64,000 bases of DNA from an uncultured Chloroflexia bacterium (GCA_963835945.1 CAWIHR010000011.1:2447-66446), one strand, 5' to 3'; shown: positions 19,280-28,926, numbered from the stretch's first letter. A program made the numbers and translations. The notes: generated by a model not told the origin, from the sequence alone.

Positions 19280-20690
19280 GTCACGTCCGTCAAGGTGGTG
19301 TATGAGCGCCGCTTCATCCGCCGCGTGAGTGACTATCCGGCGGCGGCCAGCACCGGCATCACCTCCTCGGTCAACTTGTCGCCGAGGCGGACGAGGCGCG
19401 CCTTGGTGAGCGACTCCGCGCTCATGTAGCGGCGCGCCACCGCCCACTCCTCATGCTGCTCGGCGAGCACGGCGCCGACGAGGCGGATCACGGCCTCGCG
19501 GGTGGGGAAGATGCCCACCACGTCGGTGCGCCGCCGGATCTCCCGGTTGAGACGCTCCTGGGGGTTGTTGGACCAGATCTGGCGCCAGTGCTCCGCCGGC
19601 AGCAGGCGGAAGGCCAGGAGGTCCTCGCGACCCTCCGCCAGCAGCTCTGCGGCCTGCGGGAAGCGAGCTGCGAGCTGCTCGACCACGCGGGCATGCTGGG
19701 CCTCCACCTTGTCGCGCGAGGGCTGGGCGAAGATCGAGCGCACCAGGGTAGCCACCAACGGCTGGGCGCTCTTGGGAACGCGGGTGAGCAGGTTGCGGAC
19801 GAAATGGGTGCGACAGCGCTGCCAGCTGGCGCCGGGCAGCACCGCCGCGACCGCGGCCACCAGCCCCGCGTGGTCATCGCTGATCACGAGCCGCACGCCC
19901 GAGAGGCCCCGGGCCACGAGGTCCCGCAGGAAGGCGGTCCAGCCTGCCCCGTCCTCGCTGGTCACGAGGTCGAGGCCCAGGATCTCCCGATAGCCGTCGG
20001 CGTTCACCGCGGTGGCAATCACCGCCGCGGGCTGGGCAATCCGGCCGCCCTCCCGCACCCGCAGGGCCAGCGCGTCGAGCCAGAGGTAGGTGTAGGGCGC
20101 GCCGTCCAGGGGCCGAGAACGGAAGGCCGCCACCTCCTCATCGAGCGAGCGGGCGAGCTCGGACACCTGGCTCTTGCTGATGCCGCTGATGCCGAGGGTC
20201 GCGATGAGGCCCTCCACCCGCCGGGTCGAGACGCCCCGCACGTAGCACTCCGCGATCACCGCCACCAGGGCCCGCTCGGCGCGTCGGCGGCGCTCCAGGA
20301 GCCAGTCGGGGAAGTAGCTCCCGCTGCGCAGCTTGGGCAGGGCGAGTTCGAGCGTTCCGGTCCGCGTGTTGAAGGGCCGCGATCGGTAGCCGTTGCGGGT
20401 GTTGACCCGCTCGGGCGAGCGCGTCCCATAGGGAGCGCCGCACAGCGCGTCGGCCTCCGCGCTCATGAGCGCCTGGATGAACGTCCCCAGCATCTCCCGC
20501 AGCAGGTCGGCGTCGGCCGTCTCGAGGTGCTTGCGGAGCCAGACCGCTGGGTCCATCGTGGCGTCGACCACCGTGTTCCTCCTCTCCGAGTCCGTTGTGC
20601 TTGGTTCTCGGTTGAGGATGAAGCGGTGGTCCCCGCGTTCGAGGGCCCTCAGCTCACTCGTACACCACGTCCGTGGACTCTATGTCTGGA
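19280..20690 (-). mobile_element. IS256-family insertion sequence (approximate ends)
   Basis: An intact transposase is flanked by an imperfect inverted repeat whose best core is GTGGTGTATGAG at 19295-19306 and CTCGTACACCAC at 20657-20668. The outer ends and any target duplication could not be fixed by eye. Confidence 0.7.
19333..20571 (-). CDS. IS256-family (Mutator-type) transposase
   Basis: 412-aa intact ORF with LLREMLGTFIQALMSAEADALCGA, RNGYRSRPFNTRTGTLELALPKLR, YLWLDALALRVRE, VISDDHAGLVAAV, WQRCRTHFVRNLL and NPQERLNREIRRRTDVVGIFP. Confidence 0.9.
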   Translation of the reverse strand: MVDATMDPAVWLRKHLETADADLLREMLGTFIQALMSAEADALCGAPYGTRSPERVNTRNGYRSRPFNTRTGTLELALPKLRSGSYFPDWLLERRRRAERALVAVIAECYVRGVSTRRVEGLIATLGISGISKSQVSELARSLDEEVAAFRSRPLDGAPYTYLWLDALALRVREGGRIAQPAAVIATAVNADGYREILGLDLVTSEDGAGWTAFLRDLVARGLSGVRLVISDDHAGLVAAVAAVLPGASWQRCRTHFVRNLLTRVPKSAQPLVATLVRSIFAQPSRDKVEAQHARVVEQLAARFPQAAELLAEGREDLLAFRLLPAEHWRQIWSNNPQERLNREIRRRTDVVGIFPTREAVIRLVGAVLAEQHEEWAVARRYMSAESLTKARLVRLGDKLTEEVMPVLAAAG

Positions 20691-20726
20691 TGAACTCGCC
20701 GCTGGGCTCCGCCCTGCCGGCCTAGC

Positions 20727-21191
20727 ATGAACGCAGATGCGAGCTCGCAGGGGAAGGATGGTCCAATGGTCGTCGTGGCAATCGTCCGACGGAGGCTGAG
20801 GGAGGGAAAGAGCTACCAGGACTTCCGCGAGGCGTGGTTCCACAAGACCGGATTCGGCACCTCCAATCGCATGTACTCGTGCCTCAACGTGGCCGACCCT
20901 CGGGAGGTCATAACGATCGCCCTGACCGAGGCGTCGCCGGAGAACGCGGAGCGGTTGATCGACGTCGACGCGTCTGAGCGAGCCGGCAGCCCGCTCGACG
21001 ACATCGTCGAGCCCCGCATCGGGCGCACGTTCGCGATCCTGGTCGCCGAGGACGACTTCTCTTCGGCCGGCCAGATCCCGTATCGGCCGGCGTCGGTCGG
21101 CGGTCAGACCACGGACCTTCGCGAGGTCCAGGCGGCGCTCCTGCTGGGAGCCTCCCTCCTAGGGCCGTATCTCGGGGGGACGCAGGACTAG
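20727..21191 (+). CDS. Hypothetical protein (possibly a small alpha+beta barrel-like fold)
   Basis: 154-aa ORF with protein-like composition (MVVVAIVRRRLREGKSYQDFREAWFHKTGFG...). No family recognised with confidence. Confidence 0.5.
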   Translation: MNADASSQGKDGPMVVVAIVRRRLREGKSYQDFREAWFHKTGFGTSNRMYSCLNVADPREVITIALTEASPENAERLIDVDASERAGSPLDDIVEPRIGRTFAILVAEDDFSSAGQIPYRPASVGGQTTDLREVQAALLLGASLLGPYLGGTQD

Positions 21192-21399
21192 CCGTCGCTG
21201 GCTCGCGGCATCTCGCCGCCGACTGATGGATGGACCGCCGACGACACCCTGAATCTCAAAGCCTCCGCCAAGGAAAACTCGTTTCCGCTGGCGGCCGCTT
21301 GAGGTCCTGGACGAGCTAGCGGCGTCTGAGGTGGCCCCCAACTGGCACGCGTTGCGGGAGCGGCCGGTTCGATGGTCGGCGCCAGCGCGACCACCGCCA

Positions 21400-21660
21400 G
21401 GGGCTGGGATTCACCTGACAGTGGTCACCATCAATCTGCCCATCCCGCGGGTGCGTGACGGGACCTTCTTCTCGGGACACGGCGGCGCGCCGAGCGGGCC
21501 CTCCTCGCGGTCGTCCAGGAGGCGTACCTCGCGGGGGTCGACACCCGCCGGGTCGAAGCTCAGGTCGGGGCCATCGGCACCGCCTCGCTGTCAGAGAGCG
21601 GGGTGGGCCGCGCCTGCGGGGTCGACGCCGAGGTCGAAGCGTTCCGCACGCCCGCGGACG
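21400..21660 (+). pseudogene. Degraded IS256-family transposase fragment
   Basis: LPIPRVRDGTFFS (frame of ORF 21331) and then TRRRAERALLAVVQEAYLAGVDTRRVEAQVGAIGTASLSESGVGRACGVDAEVEAFRT (frame of ORF 21603) parallel LPKLRSGSYFP...ERRRRAERALVAVIAECYVRGVSTRRVEGLIATLGISGISKSQVSELARSLDEEVAAFRS of the intact copy at 19333-20571. The fragment is frame-broken and truncated at both ends. Confidence 0.6.
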
Positions 21661-22918
21661 GTTGCACGATTGCGCCCTTGACCGGCGGGTCGGCAGGCAC
21701 CCACCACCGCAGGTCGGGCAGCCCAGAGGTGTCCTGGAGACGGTTGCCCAATACCAGGTTTGCCGGGTGGCCGGGGCGTGGCTCACGATTGATGATCCAG
21801 CCGTCGCGTACCGCCTCGGCGACGCGGCGGCTGGCGGTCGACTTATGGACGCGAAGCTGCCGGGCGACGAGGTCGACCGTGATCGGCAGGCCGGGCTTCA
21901 GGAGCGCTGGCAGCTCAGCGACGGCACGCACCGTCTCGCGGATGGGCCTGCCCACGTTGTCCGTGCTCGTCGCATACATCTCGCCCGCCAGGTCGCGCAC
22001 CGTGTTGTAGTCCTCGAGCGTGGCGATGACGCGGCCGCGCTCGTCCTGCTCCCGCTGCCCGATCCGGCACAGCGCGACGGCCTTCGTCAAGCTGAGCAGC
22101 TTCGTGAAGTCGCGCGTGACGCGCGCCTCGACGGGGACGCTGCCGAGGGCGGCTGCGAACTGCCGGACAAAGGGCACCAAGACAGCAATCGGCGCGAGCT
22201 CTTGCAGGTAGGCCTGGAAGGCCAGCAGGCCCGGATCTGCCGGCGGCACGTCATCGTCCTCGAGGCGCGCCTGCGCCGCCAGGACAGCCTGCAGCTGTGC
22301 CTGGTCGGCGGGCAGCTCGATCGCGAAGAGGCGCGACATGAGCTGCTCTCCGAGCGGGCGCGTGGCCGTCGTGATCAGGGCGGTGGGCCCGGGCTTCTCG
22401 ATGCGTCGGACGACGAACTTCGCTGTTGCGCGATCGGGCACGACGACCTGGTAGTGGAGAAACCCGTCCGTCAGCAGGTTGCGGACGGCGCTGGCGGCCG
22501 GGTTGTCCTCGCCCGCCGGCAGGCTGTCCGCCTCACCCACGAACAGCGCTATGTGGCGTAAATCGTCATCGCCGTAGATGAGGACGTGCGGCGAGCCGGC
22601 CTCGATGACCACCATGGCCTCGGGAGGCAGCAGCCGTTGCACCGCGCTGAGGGTGGCCGTCTTGCCCACAGACGGGGGCGCCTGCAGCAGCGCATGGCAA
22701 GGCATCGTGCCCGGCCGCAGCTCCAGCAGCCGGCTGGTGGCCGCCAGGTAGGTAAGGAGTGCTGGCCGGAGGTCGCCGCCCAAGGTGGCACGCAGGGCAG
22801 CCTCGACCAGGGCCAAGGGGTCAGGGTGATCAAGAACGGCGCGAGCCGCAGCCTGCGGCTCTGGTGTGATGCGCGCCCGTCGATGCGACGCAGATCCGCG
22901 GATCGGCGCGCGGACCAT
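21560..22918 (-). CDS. P-loop NTPase with C-terminal winged-helix domain (plasmid/phage replication-helicase-like)
   Basis: This is the last 452 codons of ORF 21560-25270, from ATG 22918. Walker A is QAPPSVGKTATL, the Walker B-like motif is IALFVGEAD, followed by ALITTATRPLGEQLMSRLFAIEL. The HTH-like end is ITVDLVARQLRVHKSTASRRVAEAVRDGWIINRE. The last ~35 codons are antisense to the IS256 fragment, so the native C-terminus may be lost. Confidence 0.6.
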   Translation of the reverse strand: MVRAPIRGSASHRRARITPEPQAAARAVLDHPDPLALVEAALRATLGGDLRPALLTYLAATSRLLELRPGTMPCHALLQAPPSVGKTATLSAVQRLLPPEAMVVIEAGSPHVLIYGDDDLRHIALFVGEADSLPAGEDNPAASAVRNLLTDGFLHYQVVVPDRATAKFVVRRIEKPGPTALITTATRPLGEQLMSRLFAIELPADQAQLQAVLAAQARLEDDDVPPADPGLLAFQAYLQELAPIAVLVPFVRQFAAALGSVPVEARVTRDFTKLLSLTKAVALCRIGQREQDERGRVIATLEDYNTVRDLAGEMYATSTDNVGRPIRETVRAVAELPALLKPGLPITVDLVARQLRVHKSTASRRVAEAVRDGWIINREPRPGHPANLVLGNRLQDTSGLPDLRWWVPADPPVKGAIVQPSAGVRNASTSASTPQARPTPLSDSEAVPMAPT

Positions 22919-23454
22919 GTGCTGGCGGAGAGCGATGTCCAAGAGTCGAGAGAGGTCCGGAAGTCCGGAGTGCGAGCGCCTCGCCCAGTAAATACCCTTT
23001 CTGCCGTCTCGAGCCCGAGGACCGAGGTCACCGCGGCCGTTCCGCGTCCTGCTCGTCCTGGGCAGACGACCTGGCCACAATTCTACCCGCGGCCACCCTC
23101 GAGCTTGCGGAGCTGCTCGCTCTGGGCGACGCCGTCTTCCACGAGTGGGACTTCGCGCACCCCGACTGGACGACGACGATGGACACCGACCCCGTACAGA
23201 CGGTGGCGACGCGCCGTCGGCTCCTCGACCGCGCGGTGCGACGCCGCTCCCTGATCCACGGGTTCCACCTCGCAAAGCTCGGCCACGTCGAGCGCTCTGG
23301 AGCGGCGTACCGGTTCGTAGAGGTCGCGCCCGCGGGCTGACTGCCGGCGAGGGTGCCTCGAAACGAGGTCCTGGTGGAAGTGCCAACAGTGCTGCCGCAC
23401 GACGCTCGACTTCGCCGTTGGCGTTCCCTCGTGCCCCCGCCGTCCCCCAGCGGA

Positions 23455-24106
23455 TCAGGGCGCCTGCAGGTAGGCCAGTACCGCCAGCACCCGGCGGTGG
23501 TCGGCCGATGCAGGCTCGAGAGCGAGCTTCGAGAAGATGGCGGCCACGTGGGCCTCGACGGTCTTCTCGGTGACCGTCAGACGCGCGGCGATGGCGGCGT
23601 TGGAGCGTCCCTCGGCCATGAGGGCGAGGACCTCGCGCTCGCGCTCGGTCAGTTCGGCCAGGGCCGAGCGACGCCCGTGGCCGCGGGCGAGCTCGGTGAC
23701 GAGGGCGGGGTCGACCACCGAGCCGCCCTCGCCCACGCGGCGCACCGCGTCGAGGAGCGTGTCGAGATCGGCCACGTGGTCCTTCAGGAGGTAGCCCACC
23801 CCGTCTGCCCCGTCGGCGAGAAGCTGCATGGCCAGGGCCGGCTCGAGGTACTGGGACAGGACGAGGATGCCGGTGCGCCCGCCGGCCTGCGCGCGCACGG
23901 CCTGCGCCACCCGCATCCCCTCGCCTGCACCCCCAGGTGGCATACGGATGTCGAGGATGGCCACGTCGGGCCGCGTCTCGGCCACCAGGCGTTGCGGCGC
24001 TCACCCCGTCGGCGGCCTGACCCACCACCTCGTGGCCGGCCTCGGCGAGGAGGCGCGCCACCCCCTCGCGGATGAGGGCCGAGTCGTCGGCGATCACGAT
24101 GCGCAT
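23455..24106 (-). pseudogene. NarL/LuxR-family response regulator, one frame break as assembled
   Basis: ATG 24106 begins MRIVIADDSALIREGVARLLAEAGHEVVGQAADG. After a break near 23995-24008 the sequence reads LVAETRPDVAILDIRMPP...LSQY...GYLLKD... and the LuxR HTH LTEREREVLALMAEGRSNAAIAARLTVTEKTVEAHVAAIFSKL (ORF 23455-23985). Confidence 0.85.
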
Positions 24107-26412
24107 GGGATCTCCGCCACGAGGCGCGTGCCGCCCCCCTGGGGGCTCTCCACGCGCAGGCTGCCGTTGAGCGCGGCGACGCGATCCGCCAGGCCGCGCA
24201 GGCCCATCCCCTGCGAGAGGTCGGCCCCGCCGATCCCGTCGTCGCTCACCTCGATGCGGAGCTCGTCCCCCACGCGCTCGGCCCGCACGTGCGCCGCTTG
24301 AGCATGCGCGTGCTTGGCGGTGTTGGCGAGGGCCTCCGAGACCAAGAAGTAGGCAGTGGCCTCCACCGGCGCGGGCAGGCGATCCGCCAGTGGGGCCTCG
24401 ACAGTGACGGGCAAGGTGGCGCGCCGGGCCAGCGAGGCAAGGGCGGCAGGGAGCCCCGCCTCGACCAGGATCGCGGGGTGGATGCCCCCGGCGAGCTCGC
24501 GCAGCTCGCTGACCGCCGACTCGGCCCGCTCCGATGCCTCGGCCAAGGTGCGGGCCAGCTCGGGCTCGCTGGCGGCATCCACGCGCCGGCGGGCCGAGCG
24601 CAGCGCGATGGCGAGGGCCACGAGCTGTTGCTGGGCCCCGTCGTGGAGGTCGCGCTCGATCCGCGCACGTTGCTCGTCGCCGGCCGCCACGATGCGCGCA
24701 CGCGAGGCGCGCACCTCGGCGAGCTGCGCGCGCACGGCGGCCTGCAGGCGGTCGTTCTCGATGGCGGTGGTGGAGGCTGCTGAGACCGAGGCCAGGAGCC
24801 CCGGGTCCTCGCGCAGGGCGGCGTCGTGCACCAACGCGCCCACTGGCTGCCCGTCGTGCGCCAGGAGGGTCACCGCGCGGGTCGGGTCGTGCGTGGGCAG
24901 CTCGGTCGGCCGGCCGGCCGCGTCGAGGTAGGTGCCCGCCTCGGGGGACCACACGAGCACGGCGAGGGAGCGGTCGCCCAGCGTCCGCCCGAGGGCCGCC
25001 GCCATGCCCTCGGGCGCGGGGGCCTGCTCGAGCTGCATCACGAGGTCGGCCACGCCCGTGCGTGCCAGGCGGCCGCGCAGGAGATCGAAGGTGAAGGCGT
25101 GCGGCAGGGCCGCCAGGGCCACCACCGAGGCCGCGCGCAGCGCGTCGGGCACCGCCGTGTCGAAGCCCGGCTGACGGCGCAGCACGGCCAGACCGACGGC
25201 CACGCTGAGCCCGAGGGCCATGCCGAGCGCCGGCAGGAGCACTCGCCGCCCCGGTCCGCGGGCGCGCCACCAGCGGAACAGCACGATCAGGGTGGCCAGG
25301 ACGGCGCCGAGCACGATCGCTCCCTGGAAGCCCAGGTCGAGGGTGTTGTAGAGGTTAGTGACCTGGCCCGAAATGTCGTTGTAGATCATGTGTGCCGGTA
25401 TCGACACGCACGTCGGGTCGGGGAGGTCGCAGGTGGGGCCGTAGTAGGGACCGCCCACCACGAACACGCGCGCCACCGTCGCGGCGAGGAGGACGGCGCC
25501 GAGGCCCCCGACCACGAGCCGCGCCGACGGCGAGGCCAGCCGGCCTGCCGGGTAGGCCAGGACGAGCGCCACCATGAGCAGCACGTAGTAGCCCTGGAAG
25601 GCGCCCCCGTCGTTGATCGGCAGGGCGGGGATCGCGTGGAAGACGCTATACGGCGTGACGAGCACGCTCCACGAGATGTCGTCGGTCCACGAGATCGCGC
25701 CGACGAACCAGGCCAGGGCGGCCGCCACGAGCAGCGGCCCCACGAGCCGGTCCGGACGCCGCCACCACGCGACGAGGCCGGCCAGCGCCGTCGACCCACC
25801 CACGAGGGCGACCCCGCCGATGAGGGGCCGGGCATCGAAGGATGGTGTGTGGGACAGGTACAACCCGATGATCGACTCGATCGAGGCCAGCCCGACGAGC
25901 AGGCACACCGGCCAGGCGAGGAGGCGCAGCCAGGCCGAGCGCGAGCGGCCGGCGACCCAGCGGCGGAGGGTTGACGTGGCGGTTCCCGCCTGACCCTGCG
26001 GGCCCTGTGACGCCGTGCGGCGCCGCGTCGGCAGCAGCTCCGGATCGGCCTCGGTCGGACCTGAAAGCAGCCGATGGATGGCGGCCCCCGAGAGGGCCGC
26101 CTTGGGCAGGAAGCCACGCACCTGTGCGTGGGCGATCCGCTCGCCGTAGGCGTCGGCGTCCCGGGTCGAGGTCAGGATCACCGCCGGCGGGTGCGGCAGG
26201 GCGGCGATGCGCGCGGCCACGGCGAAGCCGTCCTCGCCGGGGAGGAGCACGTCGAGGAGCACGACGTCGGCCTCGACCCGCGCCAGGAGCTCGAGCGCCT
26301 CCGCCCCGTCTGCCGCCTCGCCCACCACGCGCAGCCCCTCGGCCTCGAGCAGGGCGCGCGCCTGCGCCCGGAAGGCCGCGTGGTCATCGACGAGGAGTAC
26401 GCGCCACGCCAT
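24094..26412 (-). CDS. Hybrid sensor kinase: N-terminal receiver + multi-pass membrane region + HisKA_3 + HATPase_c
   Basis: ATG 26412 begins MAWRVLLVDDHAAFRAQARALLEAEGLRVVGEAADGAEALELL...DVVLLDVLLPGEDG (receiver). About nine hydrophobic helices follow, then ERARIERDLHDGAQQQLVAL (HisKA_3) and EALANTAKHA...DDGIGGAD...GLRGLADRV (ATPase). All of this lies in one uninterrupted ORF. Confidence 0.8.
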   Translation of the reverse strand: MAWRVLLVDDHAAFRAQARALLEAEGLRVVGEAADGAEALELLARVEADVVLLDVLLPGEDGFAVAARIAALPHPPAVILTSTRDADAYGERIAHAQVRGFLPKAALSGAAIHRLLSGPTEADPELLPTRRRTASQGPQGQAGTATSTLRRWVAGRSRSAWLRLLAWPVCLLVGLASIESIIGLYLSHTPSFDARPLIGGVALVGGSTALAGLVAWWRRPDRLVGPLLVAAALAWFVGAISWTDDISWSVLVTPYSVFHAIPALPINDGGAFQGYYVLLMVALVLAYPAGRLASPSARLVVGGLGAVLLAATVARVFVVGGPYYGPTCDLPDPTCVSIPAHMIYNDISGQVTNLYNTLDLGFQGAIVLGAVLATLIVLFRWWRARGPGRRVLLPALGMALGLSVAVGLAVLRRQPGFDTAVPDALRAASVVALAALPHAFTFDLLRGRLARTGVADLVMQLEQAPAPEGMAAALGRTLGDRSLAVLVWSPEAGTYLDAAGRPTELPTHDPTRAVTLLAHDGQPVGALVHDAALREDPGLLASVSAASTTAIENDRLQAAVRAQLAEVRASRARIVAAGDEQRARIERDLHDGAQQQLVALAIALRSARRRVDAASEPELARTLAEASERAESAVSELRELAGGIHPAILVEAGLPAALASLARRATLPVTVEAPLADRLPAPVEATAYFLVSEALANTAKHAHAQAAHVRAERVGDELRIEVSDDGIGGADLSQGMGLRGLADRVAALNGSLRVESPQGGGTRLVAEIPCAS

Positions 26413-26595
26413 CGGCAGATCGTGGCACCGGCGCATGGCCGCCGCAACCGTGCAGACCCTACCTCCGGAGTTAGGGCTAACCCTTACCGAAAGTCTCGGG
26501 CTGGCCCCGATGGCAGCGCCGGAGCCCCGCTCTAGGGTGAGCGCACGCCGCACAGAGAGAGCGGCTCCTACGTACAGAACAAAGGAGCATCGGTC

Positions 26596-26955
26596 ATGGC
26601 GCTGCACACTCCGACCATCCGGACCCCGACGGCGACCCCCCACATCCCGACCTGGATGCTGAGCGCGGTCGCCCTGCTGGCCGTCGTCCTCATCGTCGGC
26701 CTCGTCGTCATCAGCCGCCCGAGCGCGGCCCCCAGTAGCGCCACGGCGCAGAGCGTGGGCCTCACGCAGAGCACCGCGGCCATGCAGGCCTACAGCCAGT
26801 TCCGCAGCGGCGAGCGCGAGGCGCTCAACGCCCCCGAGCTCGCCACCCAGGCGTATCTCGCCTACCGGGCCGGGGAGCAGCTCACTCCGGCCGACCAGGC
26901 CTCCCTCGCCAACGGCGCGAGCCCAGGCCGCCTACCAGGCCTTCCGGGCCGGTGA
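26596..26955 (+). CDS. Small membrane-anchored protein with A-Y-x-x-[FY]-R-x-G-E-[RQ] repeats
   Basis: One TM helix (WMLSAVALLAVVLIVGLVVI) is followed by MQAYSQFRSGEREA and TQAYLAYRAGEQL. Two more repeat units (AQAAYQAFRAGERVGP, AQAAFGAWLTFRQGER) continue in the next frame to TAG 27026-27028, which implies a break near 26915-26925. Confidence 0.5.
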   Translation: MALHTPTIRTPTATPHIPTWMLSAVALLAVVLIVGLVVISRPSAAPSSATAQSVGLTQSTAAMQAYSQFRSGEREALNAPELATQAYLAYRAGEQLTPADQASLANGASPGRLPGLPGR

Positions 26956-27359
26956 GCGGGTGGGGCCCGCCGAAGACGCCCAGGCCGCCTTCGGGGCCTG
27001 GCTGACCTTCCGCCAGGGCGAGCGCTAGTCGCCGCATGACGCATCCATCCGCGCCGGCCCCGCCTCCTCGGGGCCGGCGCAGTCAGCGGGGGGCGGAGGA
27101 AAGAGTGTGCGTCCGGCTGCTGCGCCGCGACCGCTGGCGCCTGAGCCGGCGGCGCGGGCACCCCCTGACGACCCGGTTGGAGCCCGAGGTCGTCGAGGTC
27201 ACGGTCCCGCCGCCCGCATGCGGCCTTCCTGGTCGTGAGGTCGACAACCGGCATCGAGACAGGGGCTCTGACACGCGGTCCGAACACCGGCCGCCCGGGA
27301 CCGCGCCGAGCCACCAGGGAGACCGACCGAATGAGTCGCGTCCCAAGAGAGGGTTCGGA

Positions 27360-28926
27360 ATGAGACGCATCCTCGTGTTCCTGGTCGCCGGGATGCTCGC
27401 CGCCTCGCTGGCGGCACCGGCGACCGCCATGGCCGCGCCGTTCGGCACGACCTATCAGGTGCCGAAGCCCAACGGTGTCAACGACACATCCGCCATCCAG
27501 AAGGGGCTGGATTGGTGCGTGACGCACGGCGGCCCGAACTGCACCGTCCAGCTGCAGGCCGGGACCTACAACATCACCCAGCTCGTGACATACGGCTTCC
27601 AGGGGACCTTCAAGGGCGCTGGCGAGCACCGCACGATCATCAACGCGCTCCCGCTGAAGGTCGTCGACTTGGCGACCACCGAGTCGCTTGGTGCCAGCCC
27701 AATACCACGTCGTGCCCCTGGCCCATGCTGATCACCTTCGTCAATGGCACCATCGAGGTCTCCGATCTGTCCATCCAGGTGCTGAAGACCGGTGGCGCCG
27801 AGGCCTCCCCGGCGCGGACCTGCGTCGGGTGCGGGCCGAACGGGTCGAACACCAGCTTTAACGCCCTCTATGACGCCCTGGCCTTCACGGGTCAGACCCG
27901 CACCGACGCCTCGGTCGACCGCGTCAGCATCACGGGCGCGCAGGACCCCTCACCCACGAGCTTCTCCTACGGAGACGAAAGCGCTGTCAACTGTGCGAAA
28001 TCGCCGGACGCCTCCTGCTGGGGCTGGAACCTCGTCAACGGCATCGACTACACCAGCCTCCTCTACCCGAAGGGCTCGAAGGGCCCCTACGGCTCGGGCT
28101 ACCCGCTGACCGGGTCATTCAGCGTGCGGAACAGCTCCTTCAAGTGGATCTTCAACCCCCTGTCGCTGGACGGGCCCCACCTGAACAACCAGGTCACCAT
28201 CGGCGGCGCGCCAGGGGCGGGCAACTCCTTCGACAACGCCTTCAGCGGGGTCGACCTCGAATCCGCGCAGAGTTCGGTCTTCGACGTCTCCTACAACACC
28301 TCGGCGGCCAGCCCGACCGGCATGTGGGTCTCGTACGACAACCGGGTGCCGACCAGCCCGTCGCGGTACCTCATCCACGACAACACGTTCGCAACCGCTT
28401 TCGCTACCCCCGGCTGCGGTTGCTGGAACGCGGCCATCAGCTCATCGACAATCCCGCCAATCCCTACATCCAGGCGGATATCTGGCACAACACGATCCAG
28501 CTTGGGGCCCCGAACGCTGAGGGGATCAGCGTCACCCACACCGCCGGCACGGCGATCTCGGACAACACCGTCACCATCCAGGCCCCGGGCACGAGCAGCG
28601 CGGCCCCGAGCGAAGGGATCGACAGCACCTACACCACCGGCAGCCTGATCTGGGGCAACACCATCACCGGCAGCGGGGCCGCGGACGCCATCGGCCTGTT
28701 CAGCGCCACCGACAGCCTGATCGCCGGCAACACCGTCAGCGGCGTCACGCTCGCGTCTGCAGCCAACGGCGGCTATGGTGCCCAGATCTATCTCGGCACA
28801 TCCGGACTCGTTCCACCGCCTCCAACCCCTCCAGCTTCAGCCCATGACCTCGTCGTGTGCACGAGTTCCAGCGACACGGTCCTCGACAAGGGCACGAACG
28901 ACACGGTGACCGGCTGCACGCCGTGA
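27360..28926 (+). pseudogene. Secreted right-handed beta-helix (pectate-lyase-fold) protein, two frame breaks as assembled
   Basis: ATG 27360 begins the signal peptide MRRILVFLVAGMLAASLAAPATAMA, followed by DTSAIQKGLDWCVTHGGPNCTVQLQAGTYNI. The gene continues in ORF 27512-28648 (CPWPMLITFVNGTIEVSDLSI...VSITGA...IHDNTF) and then ORF 28144-28926 (LIDNPANPYIQADIWHNTIQ...ISDNTVTI...IWGNTITG...IAGNTVSG). The breaks lie within 27650-27700 and near 28436-28439. Confidence 0.7.

Noticed and set aside
19250-20700. Target-site duplication and exact ends of the IS256 element
   Set aside because: I tried several candidate ends around the inverted-repeat core and found no matching 8-9 bp direct repeats. 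The ends are therefore reported only approximately.
23101-23340. Plus-strand peptide ...LELAELLALGDAVFHEWDFAHPDWTTTMDTDPVQTVATRRRLLDRAVRRRSLIHGFHLAKLGHVERSGAAYRFVEVAPAG
   Set aside because: The composition is protein-like, but the frame has no start codon before an ATG that leaves only 53 codons, and I recognise no family. It is possibly a gene remnant of the eroded mobile element. The evidence is too weak to call a feature.
21560-25270. 1236-aa ORF spanning the P-loop gene, the spacer, the response regulator and part of the kinase
   Set aside because: It is a composite. Only the last 452 codons (P-loop/wHTH protein) and ~35 codons of the regulator N-terminus are meaningful. The rest is Arg/Gly/Pro-rich out-of-frame read-through.
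26413-26643. 77-codon upstream extension of the receiver-kinase ORF
   Set aside because: The extension has no receiver homology and overlaps the divergent promoter region and the start of the repeat-protein gene. ATG 26412 gives the canonical receiver N-terminus.
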